NCBI GenBank assembly: GCA_037200905.1
Contig: JBBCGN010000002.1
Coordinates: forward strand, 22,879 to 86,878
Direction: 5' to 3'
DNA length: 64,000 bases
Source of the DNA: a bacterium
GTDB taxonomy: Bacteria; Patescibacteriota; Minisyncoccia; Phycocordibacterales; UBA9973
Under the pieces are notes generated by a model that saw only the letters and a list, made by a program, of their open reading frames with translations, was not told the DNA's origin and made no database searches. Within the stretch, counting starts at the first letter, position 1. Each line of letters begins with the position of its first letter. The translations under genes were made by a program, and so were the position numbers. Positions 37,610 through 45,562 of the stretch are shown piece after piece.

Positions 37610-38224
37610 ATGAAATTCATTTTGGCAAAAAAAGAAAACATGGCGGAATTTTTCTCTGAAGAGGGAGTGGTTTTCCCCGTGACCATCCTCTCTGCCGGAC
37701 CTGTCACCGTCACCCGCGTCTTCGAGCATGCCAAGGACGGCTACGATGCCGTACAGGTAGGTTATGGCACGCAGAAGGAGCACCGCATCTCAAAAGCCCG
37801 CAAGGGCCAGATGAAGGGCGTGCTCTACCGCGACCTCAAAGAATTCCGACTGAAGCCGACCGATACGACCGAAGCCAAAGAAGGCGACGTCGTGGATGTC
37901 TCTGCATTCGAAATTGGCGATAGACTCCAGGTTTCGAGCGTCTCGAAAGGTAAGGGCTTCCAGGGCGTGGTCAAGCGCCATGGCTTCAAAGGCGGTCCTC
38001 GATCTCACGGTCAGAAGCACTCCGAGCGCGAGCCGGGTTCTATCGGCGGAGGCTTGCGCACGCACGTGCCGAAGGGCATGCGCATGGCAGGCCGCATGGG
38101 TTCCGACAGAATCACTCAGAAAAATCTGAAAGTAGTCTTTGTCGACAAAGAGAATAATCTCTTGCTCGTCAAAGGCGCTATCACCGGCAAGAAAGGCACC
38201 TTGGTTGAGATAGTTTCAAGATAA
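37610..38224 (+). CDS. rplC: 50S ribosomal protein L3
   Basis: It is an L3 family sequence (...KGKGFQGVVKRHGFKGGPRSHG...). Confidence 0.97.
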   Translation: MKFILAKKENMAEFFSEEGVVFPVTILSAGPVTVTRVFEHAKDGYDAVQVGYGTQKEHRISKARKGQMKGVLYRDLKEFRLKPTDTTEAKEGDVVDVSAFEIGDRLQVSSVSKGKGFQGVVKRHGFKGGPRSHGQKHSEREPGSIGGGLRTHVPKGMRMAGRMGSDRITQKNLKVVFVDKENNLLLVKGAITGKKGTLVEIVSR

Positions 38225-38228
38225 ATAT

Positions 38229-38888
38229 ATGGACGCAAAAATTTACAACCAAAAAGGAGCTGAAGCAGGAACCATCGCGTTGCCGGCAAAAGTTTTTGCC
38301 GCGAAGTGGCGCGCTGATCTCGTGCACCAGGTAGTGGAAGGCATGCGCTCGAACAAGCGCGCAGGCACCGCTGACACCAAGGATCGCGGCGAAGTCCGCG
38401 GCGGCGGCAAGAAGCCGTGGAAGCAGAAGGGTACCGGCCGCGCCCGACACGGTTCGTCCCGCAGCCCTATCTGGGTCGGCGGAGGCGTGACCCACGGCCC
38501 GCTTTCCGCGAAGAATTACAAGCGCACCATCTCGAAGAAGATGCGCGCGCAGGCTCTCTTCTCCGTGCTTTCGAAAAAATTCAAGGACGGCGAAATCCTT
38601 TTTGTTGACTCTCTTGCTCCGACTGAAATCAAGACAAAGGCTGCAGCCGGCGTCGTAGCGAATATCGCAAAGGCTTCAGGCTGGAAAGTGAATGCCGCTT
38701 CGAAGAAGGCGAGAATTTTGACCGCTTTTTCCGGACGTAACGACAAGACAGAGAAGAGCTTCCGGAACATCTCGTCCCTTCAGACCGTATTCGTGAACAA
38801 CTTGAATCCGCTCGATATCTTGAGCTACCAGTTCTTGGTCATCGAGAATCCGGCAGAGTCCGTAAAATTCTTCGAATCCCGCGGATAA
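38229..38888 (+). CDS. rplD: 50S ribosomal protein L4
   Basis: It has the L4 motif GGGKKPWKQKGTGRARHGS. Confidence 0.97.
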   Translation: MDAKIYNQKGAEAGTIALPAKVFAAKWRADLVHQVVEGMRSNKRAGTADTKDRGEVRGGGKKPWKQKGTGRARHGSSRSPIWVGGGVTHGPLSAKNYKRTISKKMRAQALFSVLSKKFKDGEILFVDSLAPTEIKTKAAAGVVANIAKASGWKVNAASKKARILTAFSGRNDKTEKSFRNISSLQTVFVNNLNPLDILSYQFLVIENPAESVKFFESRG

Positions 38889-38902
38889 TTATTTTTACTT
38901 AT

Positions 38903-39172
38903 ATGACACACATCATCACAAACCCAAGAGTCACTGAAAAAGCATCTATGCTCATGGAAGGCAATGCCTATGTTTTTGATGTGGCAGCCAATGCGAACAA
39001 GACCGAGATAAAGAAAGCCATATTCCAGATATACAAGGTAAAGCCGGTGCGCGTGAACATGCTCTCCGTCAAGGACAAGGAGATCGTCGTCCGCGGGAAG
39101 AAGGGCATCAAGAGCGGCGGCAAGAAAGCTGTCGTGTACCTGAAAGCTGGCGATAAGATAGAATTCATTTAG
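38903..39172 (+). CDS. rplW: 50S ribosomal protein L23
   Basis: It is an L23 family sequence; 89 aa. Confidence 0.95.
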   Translation: MTHIITNPRVTEKASMLMEGNAYVFDVAANANKTEIKKAIFQIYKVKPVRVNMLSVKDKEIVVRGKKGIKSGGKKAVVYLKAGDKIEFI

Positions 39173-39209
39173 GCACTAGATATAGAATTTATATAATAAA
39201 TAAACTGCA

Positions 39210-40058
39210 ATGAAAAAGTACAAGCCTACAAGTAAATCCCGAAGACAGATGTCGAACGTTACGTTCCGCGGCGTCCTCACTGCTACCCGACCGCAGAAAT
39301 CTCTGACCTACGGCTTCAAGCGTTCTGTCGGCCGCAATAGCGCCGGACGCATCACCATGCGCCACAAGGGCGGCGGACACAAGCGCCTCTTCCGCGATGT
39401 TGATTTCATGTACGACAAGAAAGATATTCCTGCGAAGATCACTTCCGTCGAATACGATCCGAACCGTTCCGCATTCGTCGGCCTGGCAGTCTACAAGGAC
39501 GGCGAGAAGCGATATGTCGTTCTGCCGAAGACGGTAAAGCCCGGAGATTCATTTATCGTATCCGAACACGCTGAACTCAAAGCGGGAAATCGCCTTCCTC
39601 TCAAAAATATTCCTGTGGGCACCTTCGTGTATAACGTTGAGCTAAAGCGCCATGGCGGCGCAAAGATCGGCCGCTCGGCTGGAATCTTCGCCCAGGTTGT
39701 GGCAAACGCTGACGGTTACACCAACTTGAAGATGCCTTCGACAGAAGTGCGAAAAGTTTCCGAGGAGGCTTGGGCATGCGTCGGCACGGTTTCCAACGAA
39801 GAATACCATTTGCAGAATTTCGGAAAGGCCGGACGTTCTCGCTGGAAGGGTATTCGTCCTACGGTCCGCGGTACTGCCATGAACCCGGTAGACCATCCGT
39901 ACGGAGGCGGCGAAGGCCGACAGGGCCGCGGTACCAAGCGCCCGAAGACTATGTGGGGCAAGGTCACCGGCGGACGAAAGACCAGGACTCCGAAGAAGTA
40001 TTCGAACGTCTTCATCGTCTCCCGCCGCAAGACCGGCAAGAGCCGAAAGAGCCAGTAA
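39210..40058 (+). CDS. rplB: 50S ribosomal protein L2
   Basis: It has the L2 motifs ...GGGHKRLFR... and MNPVDHPYGGGEG. Confidence 0.97.
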   Translation: MKKYKPTSKSRRQMSNVTFRGVLTATRPQKSLTYGFKRSVGRNSAGRITMRHKGGGHKRLFRDVDFMYDKKDIPAKITSVEYDPNRSAFVGLAVYKDGEKRYVVLPKTVKPGDSFIVSEHAELKAGNRLPLKNIPVGTFVYNVELKRHGGAKIGRSAGIFAQVVANADGYTNLKMPSTEVRKVSEEAWACVGTVSNEEYHLQNFGKAGRSRWKGIRPTVRGTAMNPVDHPYGGGEGRQGRGTKRPKTMWGKVTGGRKTRTPKKYSNVFIVSRRKTGKSRKSQ

Positions 40059-40087
40059 TTACGATAGGGCCGAAAGCCTTACGGTAT

Positions 40088-40147
40088 TTGACATTTTAGC
40101 CCGATTTGCTAATATGAAACTCCAAGCTCGTTGAGAGCTTTTTGTTT
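40088..40147 (+). promoter_or_regulatory. Internal promoter candidate in the rplB-rpsS spacer plus a 5'-proximal hairpin/U-tract
   Basis: The promoter is TATTTGACA-N16-(TGC)TAATAT at 40088-40115. It is followed by AAGCTC-gttga-GAGCTT-TTTTG at 40124-40147. Confidence 0.5.
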
Positions 40148-40178
40148 AGGTTTTCGTTCAATCGCAGCCAAAAAACAC

Positions 40179-40535
40179 ATGACACGGTCAATAAAAAAAG
40201 GAATATTGCTTGATGAAAGACTGCTAAAGAAGATAGCAGGCAAAAGCCCGATGCAGACTCCCATGGTAAAGACCTGGAAGCGCGCAGCACAGATCGCTCC
40301 CGAGATGGTGGGCTTCACATTCGGCGTATACAACGGCAAGACGCATGTGGAAGTCATCGTGACCGAAGACATGGTGGGCCACAGGCTCGGCGAATTCTCT
40401 CCGACCAAGAAATTCATGAAGCACGGCGGTAAGATGCAGAAGGAGCTCGAACAGAAGAAGAAGGAAGCTGAGATCACTGCCGCGAAAGCCGCGACTGCGA
40501 CCGCCGCAGATTCCGCTGCGGCCAAAAAGAAATAA
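40179..40535 (+). CDS. rpsS: 30S ribosomal protein S19 with a Lys/Ala-rich C-terminal tail
   Basis: I place the start at MTRSIKKG (ATG 40179). The S19 core has GFTFGVYNGKTH. The tail reads ...QKKKEAEITAAKAATATAADSAAAKKK. Confidence 0.93.
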   Translation: MTRSIKKGILLDERLLKKIAGKSPMQTPMVKTWKRAAQIAPEMVGFTFGVYNGKTHVEVIVTEDMVGHRLGEFSPTKKFMKHGGKMQKELEQKKKEAEITAAKAATATAADSAAAKKK

Positions 40536-40563
40536 GAAGAAATAATTTATATAACACGAACCC

Positions 40564-41013
40564 ATGAAAGCCTTTTTGAAAAATTACAGACAGTCTCCGA
40601 GAAAAGTCCGCGTCGTCGCGGGCCTCGTTCGCGGCAAGAACGTCGACACGGCTATGACTTCGCTCAACTTCCTCGCCAAGCGGGCAGGGGATCCGGTCAA
40701 GAAGCTCCTGGCTTCAGCCGTAGCGAATGCCAAGAACATGGGCATCGAGCGCGAGAATCTGATCATCAAAGAAATCCGCGTGGACAAAGGCATCGTCATG
40801 AAGCGCATGATGCCAGCAGCCATGGGTACCGGCCACCGCATCAACAAGCGCACCAGCCACATCACTATCGTGCTCGCAGAAAAGGGATCCGTGATCGTCA
40901 AAGCTGGCAAAAAGAATAAAGAGGAAAAGAAAGCTGAAGCGAAGCCCGTAGCAGCGAAAGCTGAAGCGGCTCCCAAGAAGACCCGAGTAGCGAAGGCGAA
41001 AGCAGTAAAATAA
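40564..41013 (+). CDS. rplV: 50S ribosomal protein L22 with a Lys/Ala-rich C-terminal tail
   Basis: The L22 core is followed by ...KAGKKNKEEKKAEAKPVAAKAEAAPKKTRVAKAKAVK. Confidence 0.95.
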   Translation: MKAFLKNYRQSPRKVRVVAGLVRGKNVDTAMTSLNFLAKRAGDPVKKLLASAVANAKNMGIERENLIIKEIRVDKGIVMKRMMPAAMGTGHRINKRTSHITIVLAEKGSVIVKAGKKNKEEKKAEAKPVAAKAEAAPKKTRVAKAKAVK

Positions 41014-41018
41014 ATTTT

Positions 41019-41696
41019 ATGTCAAAAATCGTACACCCATATGCACATAGATTGGTAACGCTGAGAGACTGGAGGTCCCGCTGGTTTGCCGAGCCGAAGA
41101 AATACCGCGACTATCTCGCGGGGGACGTATTGATCCGCGAATACCTCGAGAAGAAGCTCCGCGGCATGTACGTGTCCGCGATCGAGATCGAGCGCAACCA
41201 GAAATCAACCCGTTTCATCATCAAGACTTCACGACCGGGCCTGATCATCGGCCGCTCCGGCGAAGGCGCAGTCAAGCTCAAGGAAGAGATCATGAAGAAG
41301 CTCGACAAGTCCAAGCTCGCGAAGATCGAAGACTTCAAGCTCGAAGTAGTAGAGGTGCCGAACCCGGAAGCAGACGCGTCCATCGTCGCCTACATGGTGG
41401 CTGAAGGCTTGGAGAAGCGCATGCCGTACCGCCGAGTCATCAAGCAGATCGTAGAAAAAGTCATGTCAGCCCGCGGCGTCCAGGGAGCTCGTATCGTTCT
41501 TTCCGGCCGTCTCGGCGGCGCAGAAATCGCCCGTACGGAAGAGCTCAAGCGCGGTTCTATTCCGCTTCAGACTTTCCGCGCGGATATCGATTTCAAGCGC
41601 GAGCGCGCAACGCTCTCGTACGGCGTGATCGGCATCAAGGTCTGGATATACCGCGGAAAGATTTTTGCCGACAAGAAAGCGGCGCCAAAGAATTAA
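41019..41696 (+). CDS. rpsC: 30S ribosomal protein S3
   Basis: It has an S3 KH domain and C-terminal domain; 225 aa. Confidence 0.97.
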   Translation: MSKIVHPYAHRLVTLRDWRSRWFAEPKKYRDYLAGDVLIREYLEKKLRGMYVSAIEIERNQKSTRFIIKTSRPGLIIGRSGEGAVKLKEEIMKKLDKSKLAKIEDFKLEVVEVPNPEADASIVAYMVAEGLEKRMPYRRVIKQIVEKVMSARGVQGARIVLSGRLGGAEIARTEELKRGSIPLQTFRADIDFKRERATLSYGVIGIKVWIYRGKIFADKKAAPKN

Positions 41697-41699
41697 TAT

Positions 41700-42125
41700 A
41701 TGTTGATACCAAAGAAAGTAAAATTCAGAAAGTGGCAGACCCAGCGCAAGAATCCGAAGGCGATGACTCCTGACACGCGCGGCAACAAGCTCGCATTCGG
41801 CTCTTTCGGCATCAAGTCCACTTCACAGGCCCGCATCAAGTCGAAGCAGATCGAATCCGCCCGCAAGGCCATGTCCCGCGCCCTCACCAAGACCGGCAAA
41901 TACTGGATCCGCATCTTTCCTGACCGACCATATACCGCAAAGGCGGCAGAGGTGGGCATGGGAAAGGGAAAAGGCGATCCGCAGGGATACTGCTTTGACG
42001 TATTGCCTGGCCGCATGATTTTCGAAGTCGACGGCGTAGAGGAATCGATCGCGCGCGAGGCGCTCCGCAAGGCGGGCACCAAGCTTCCTGTCACCACGAG
42101 AATCGTAGCTCGCCAAGCGAAGTAA
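41700..42125 (+). CDS. rplP: 50S ribosomal protein L16
   Basis: The sequence begins MLIPKKVKFRK. Confidence 0.97.
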   Translation: MLIPKKVKFRKWQTQRKNPKAMTPDTRGNKLAFGSFGIKSTSQARIKSKQIESARKAMSRALTKTGKYWIRIFPDRPYTAKAAEVGMGKGKGDPQGYCFDVLPGRMIFEVDGVEESIAREALRKAGTKLPVTTRIVARQAK

Positions 42126-42142
42126 GATAAAACAATAATCAT

Positions 42143-42331
42143 ATGGCAAAGAAAACAGACAATTTCAAAGGCATGGCGAAGGAAGACCTCAAGAAAAAGG
42201 TTGAGTCTATCCGCGAGGAAATCCGAGTCATCCGATTCAAGGGACAGGGCGGCAAGTCAAAGAACGTCAAAGAGACCGCGAACTTGAAAAAGCAGGTCGC
42301 CCGAGCGTTAACAGCAATGAACAGCAAATAA
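42143..42331 (+). CDS. rpmC: 50S ribosomal protein L29
   Basis: It is a 62-aa L29 family sequence. Confidence 0.9.
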   Translation: MAKKTDNFKGMAKEDLKKKVESIREEIRVIRFKGQGGKSKNVKETANLKKQVARALTAMNSK

Positions 42332-42338
42332 TATTTAT

Positions 42339-42611
42339 ATGGCAGCAAAAGCAACAAAGAAAAATAAAAGCGAAATAGTCAGTGGCAAAGGAAACGTGCT
42401 TTCAGGCGTGGTTGTTTCCGACAAGATGGACAAGACCGTCGTCGTTTCCGTATCCCGATTCCTCAAGCACCCGCTCTACGGCAAGTACTACAAGGTCAGC
42501 AAGAAGTACAAGGTGCACGATGAAACCAATTCGTTTAAAATTGGCGATAGAGTGGAAATCACCGAGACCCGCCCGATTTCCAAAGACAAGCGTTTTACCA
42601 TAGCAAAGTAA
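42339..42611 (+). CDS. rpsQ: 30S ribosomal protein S17
   Basis: It has the S17 motif [17 protein letters not shown]. Confidence 0.95.
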   Translation: MAAKATKKNKSEIVSGKGNVLSGVVVSDKMDKTVVVSVSRFLKHPLYGKYYKVSKKYKVHDETNSFKIGDRVEITETRPISKDKRFTIAK

Positions 42612-42615
42612 TTTT

Positions 42616-42987
42616 ATGATACAGAACGAAACATTGGTCAAAATAACAGACAACGCCGGAGGCACCGTAGGAAAGGTGTTCAAGATTCTTGGCAGTTCCA
42701 AGAAGCGCTACGCAGAACTCGGCGAGATCGTCATCATCTCCGTAAAGGTGGCTTCTCCTCGCAAGGCCGTCAAGAAGAAGGACGTGCATCAGGCAGTAGT
42801 CGTCCGCACTAGAAACGCTTATAGGCGCAAGGACGGTTCGTATATCCGATTCGACGACAATGCCGTGGTTATCCTTGAAAAGGGCAAGAAGGATCCGAAA
42901 GCCGGACGCGTCTTCGGTCCGATTCCGAGAGAGCTTGCAGAAAAGGGATTCCAGAAGATTATTTCCCTCGCACCGGAAGTCATTTAA
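42616..42987 (+). CDS. rplN: 50S ribosomal protein L14
   Basis: It begins MIQNETLVKITDNAGG. Confidence 0.97.
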   Translation: MIQNETLVKITDNAGGTVGKVFKILGSSKKRYAELGEIVIISVKVASPRKAVKKKDVHQAVVVRTRNAYRRKDGSYIRFDDNAVVILEKGKKDPKAGRVFGPIPRELAEKGFQKIISLAPEVI

Positions 42988-43002
42988 TATTTCAATACTG
43001 AT

Positions 43003-43308
43003 ATGAAACTCAAAAAAGGAGACAATGTAATAATCATCGCAGGCAAGGACAAAGGAAAGTCCGGCAAGATCGTCCGCGTGCTTGTGGAGAAGAACAAGGT
43101 AGTCGTCGAAGGCGCAAACGTCATGAAGCGCCACCAGCGTCCGAAGAGTTCGAACGAAAAGGGCCAGATCATCGATTTCTCGATGCCTCTTCACGCTTCG
43201 AATGTCATGATCGCGGACCCGAAAGGAGGCAAGCCGACCCGTATCGGCAAGAAGAAAGTCGGGGACAAGAACGTCCGCATCGCCCGCGGCAGCAAGCAGG
43301 AACTCTAA
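43003..43308 (+). CDS. rplX: 50S ribosomal protein L24
   Basis: It has the KOW motif KKGDNVIIIAGKDKGKSGKI. Confidence 0.95.
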   Translation: MKLKKGDNVIIIAGKDKGKSGKIVRVLVEKNKVVVEGANVMKRHQRPKSSNEKGQIIDFSMPLHASNVMIADPKGGKPTRIGKKKVGDKNVRIARGSKQEL

Positions 43309-43318
43309 TACAATCAAT

Positions 43319-43885
43319 ATGAAACACTTAACTGTAAAAGAAAAAGGAGAGGGAAGCTACGAAGCCATGAAGGCAGCGTTCGGCTACAAGAACAAGATGT
43401 CCGCTCCGAAGCTGGAGAAGGTCATTATCAACGTCGGTACCGGCACGATGGTCAAGAAGGACAAGAACAAGAATACCGCTATCAGCGACCGCTTGGCAAA
43501 GATCACCGGGCAGAAGACCGCTCTCCGCGGCGCGAAGCAGTCTATCTCTTCCTTCAAGATCCGCCAGGGCGACCCAGTCGGCGTCATGGTAACCATGCGC
43601 GGCAAGCGCATGTATGCCTTCCTCGAGAAGCTCATCAACGTAGCTCTGCCTCGTACCAAGGACTTCCGCGGCATCAATCCGGGCGCTGTGGATGACATCG
43701 GCAATATCACCATCGGCATCAAGGAACACACGATCTTCCCTGAAACTGCGGACGAAGATATCCGCGACGTGTTCGGCCTCGCTATCACCATCGTCTCATC
43801 CGCCAAGAGCAAGAAAGAAGGCAAGGCTTTCTTCGAATTCATCGGCATTCCGTTCAAAAAGGAAGAGGATAAGAAGAAGAGATAG
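43319..43885 (+). CDS. rplE: 50S ribosomal protein L5
   Basis: It is an L5 family sequence; 188 aa. Confidence 0.95.
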   Translation: MKHLTVKEKGEGSYEAMKAAFGYKNKMSAPKLEKVIINVGTGTMVKKDKNKNTAISDRLAKITGQKTALRGAKQSISSFKIRQGDPVGVMVTMRGKRMYAFLEKLINVALPRTKDFRGINPGAVDDIGNITIGIKEHTIFPETADEDIRDVFGLAITIVSSAKSKKEGKAFFEFIGIPFKKEEDKKKR

Positions 43886-43888
43886 GGG

Positions 43889-43917
43889 TTTGACTAACAG
43901 GCGAGAGTCTGCTAGTA
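43889..43917 (+). promoter_or_regulatory. Internal promoter candidate in the rplE-rpsN spacer
   Basis: The arrangement is GGGGTTTGACT-N17-(TGC)TAGTAT. It shares the GGTTTGAC...TGCTAnTAT pattern with the tuf promoter candidate; the rpsS candidate reads TATTTGAC at the -35 end and shares only TTTGAC...TGCTAATAT. Confidence 0.5.
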
Positions 43918-44035
43918 TGGGAACACGTGAGATGCAGATCCGTTCTTCTCCTTAAGCGCCCAAGTGATATTGATTTATAAGGGTATTTAAGAAATAGAAC
44001 GAGATATCGCACTTCGCAGAAGGGGAATTAATTTT

Positions 44036-44079
44036 GCGTCGCGCCAAATCGACTTGCGCGACGTGATTTGCAAAATCAT
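44036..44079 (+). promoter_or_regulatory. Conserved two-hairpin leader element, copy 2, abutting the rpsN start codon
   Basis: The GC hairpin is CGTCGCGC-CAAATCGACTT-GCGCGACG. The second hairpin is TGATT-TGCAA-AATCA, followed by T and then ATG (44080). Confidence 0.7.
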
Positions 44080-44265
44080 ATGGCAAAAACATCAGTATTA
44101 GCTAGAAATGCAAAGAAAAAGAAGTTTTCTACTCGCGAGAAAAACCGATGTTTTCGCTGCGGCCGCGGCAACGGCTATATGAGAGACTTCGGCATCTGCC
44201 GCATCTGCTTCCGCGAGCTTGCCAACGAAGGCATGCTTCCGGGCGTCCGCAAGTCTAGCTGGTAA
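44080..44265 (+). CDS. rpsN: 30S ribosomal protein S14, type Z (zinc-binding, 61 aa)
   Basis: It begins [16 protein letters not shown] and has the CFRCG...CRICF zinc motif. Confidence 0.93.
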   Translation: MAKTSVLARNAKKKKFSTREKNRCFRCGRGNGYMRDFGICRICFRELANEGMLPGVRKSSW

Positions 44266-44276
44266 TACAAAATACT

Positions 44277-44663
44277 ATGGATTCAATCTCAAACATGATC
44301 ATAATGCTCAAGAACGCGTCACTCGCAGGCAAGGCGGAAGTAGCGGTGCCGTATTCAAAGCTCAAGAACGCTATCGCTGTCTGTCTCGAGAAGGAAGGCT
44401 ACGTGAACGGCGTCGCGAAGAAGACCAAGAAAGGCCTGCCGGTCATCGAGATGACTCTCGTGTACGTGGACAAGAAGCCGAGAATTTCCGACGTTGAGCG
44501 AGTGTCAAAGCAGTCAAAGCGCGTATATTTCGGCATGAAGGACATCCACACGGTAAAGAGCGGCACAGGCGTGCTCGTGCTTTCGACGCCGAAAGGAATC
44601 TTGTCCGGGAGAGATGCCCGCAAGGAACAGGTCGGCGGGGAAGCGCTGTTTAAGATCTGGTAA
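44277..44663 (+). CDS. rpsH: 30S ribosomal protein S8
   Basis: It is an S8 family sequence; 128 aa. Confidence 0.95.
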   Translation: MDSISNMIIMLKNASLAGKAEVAVPYSKLKNAIAVCLEKEGYVNGVAKKTKKGLPVIEMTLVYVDKKPRISDVERVSKQSKRVYFGMKDIHTVKSGTGVLVLSTPKGILSGRDARKEQVGGEALFKIW

Positions 44664-44668
44664 AATAT

Positions 44669-45202
44669 ATGTCACGAATAGGCAAACAAGAAATAGAAAT
44701 ACCCAAAGGAGTAACTGTCACCCAGGACGGACCGCTTTTCAAAGTGGCCGGCCCGAAAGGCAATCTCGAAAAGACGTTCCGCGACGATGTCGCGATCGCT
44801 ATTGCCGACGGCAAGATCACTCTCTCTATCAAGCGCAATGACAAATTCTCCCGCTCGCTCTGGGGCACCTATGCTTCTCATATCAAGAACATGATCGCAG
44901 GCGTCGAGACTCCGTACGTGAAGAAGCTTATCCTCGAAGGCGTCGGCTACAAGTCCGAAGTCAAAGGCAAAGAGCTCCATCTCGCGCTCGGCTTCTCGCA
45001 TCCCGTAGTCGTGGCTATCCCTGAAGGCCTCACCATGACCGCAGAGAAGAACAATATGACCGTCACCGGCATCGACAAGGAACTCGTGGGCAGCTTTACC
45101 GCGAGCATCCGAGCCTTGAAGAAAGGCGAGCCGTACAAGGGCAAGGGCATGCGCTACGAGGGTGAGGTCATCCGCCGCAAGCAGGGTAAGAAGACCGCGT
45201 AG
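44669..45202 (+). CDS. rplF: 50S ribosomal protein L6
   Basis: It begins MSRIGKQEIEIPKGV. Confidence 0.95.
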   Translation: MSRIGKQEIEIPKGVTVTQDGPLFKVAGPKGNLEKTFRDDVAIAIADGKITLSIKRNDKFSRSLWGTYASHIKNMIAGVETPYVKKLILEGVGYKSEVKGKELHLALGFSHPVVVAIPEGLTMTAEKNNMTVTGIDKELVGSFTASIRALKKGEPYKGKGMRYEGEVIRRKQGKKTA

Positions 45203-45216
45203 TAATTTCAAAACAT

Positions 45217-45558
45217 ATGCAAAACAAACTGGAAAAAAGAACACGATTGAAGACAAGAATACGGGCAAAAGTATCCGGCACTTCGGAGCGCCCTCGCCTT
45301 TCCGTTTTCCGCTCGAACAAATTCATCTATGCGCAGGTCATCGATGACGCTACCGGCAAGACTATCGTCCAGGCGAGCGATATCGGCGTGACGCGCGGCA
45401 CCAAGACCGAACGCGCTACGGAAGTAGGCACGGCTATCGGCGCCGCATGCAAGACCGCGAAGATCAGCAAGGTAGTATTCGACAGAAACGGATTCAAGTA
45501 CACCGGTCGCATCAAATTAGTAGCCGATGCTGCCCGTGCAGCAGGCTTGGCTTTTTAA
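45217..45558 (+). CDS. rplR: 50S ribosomal protein L18
   Basis: It is an L18 family sequence (RLSVFRSNKFIYAQVIDD). Confidence 0.95.
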   Translation: MQNKLEKRTRLKTRIRAKVSGTSERPRLSVFRSNKFIYAQVIDDATGKTIVQASDIGVTRGTKTERATEVGTAIGAACKTAKISKVVFDRNGFKYTGRIKLVADAARAAGLAF

Positions 45559-45562
45559 TATT

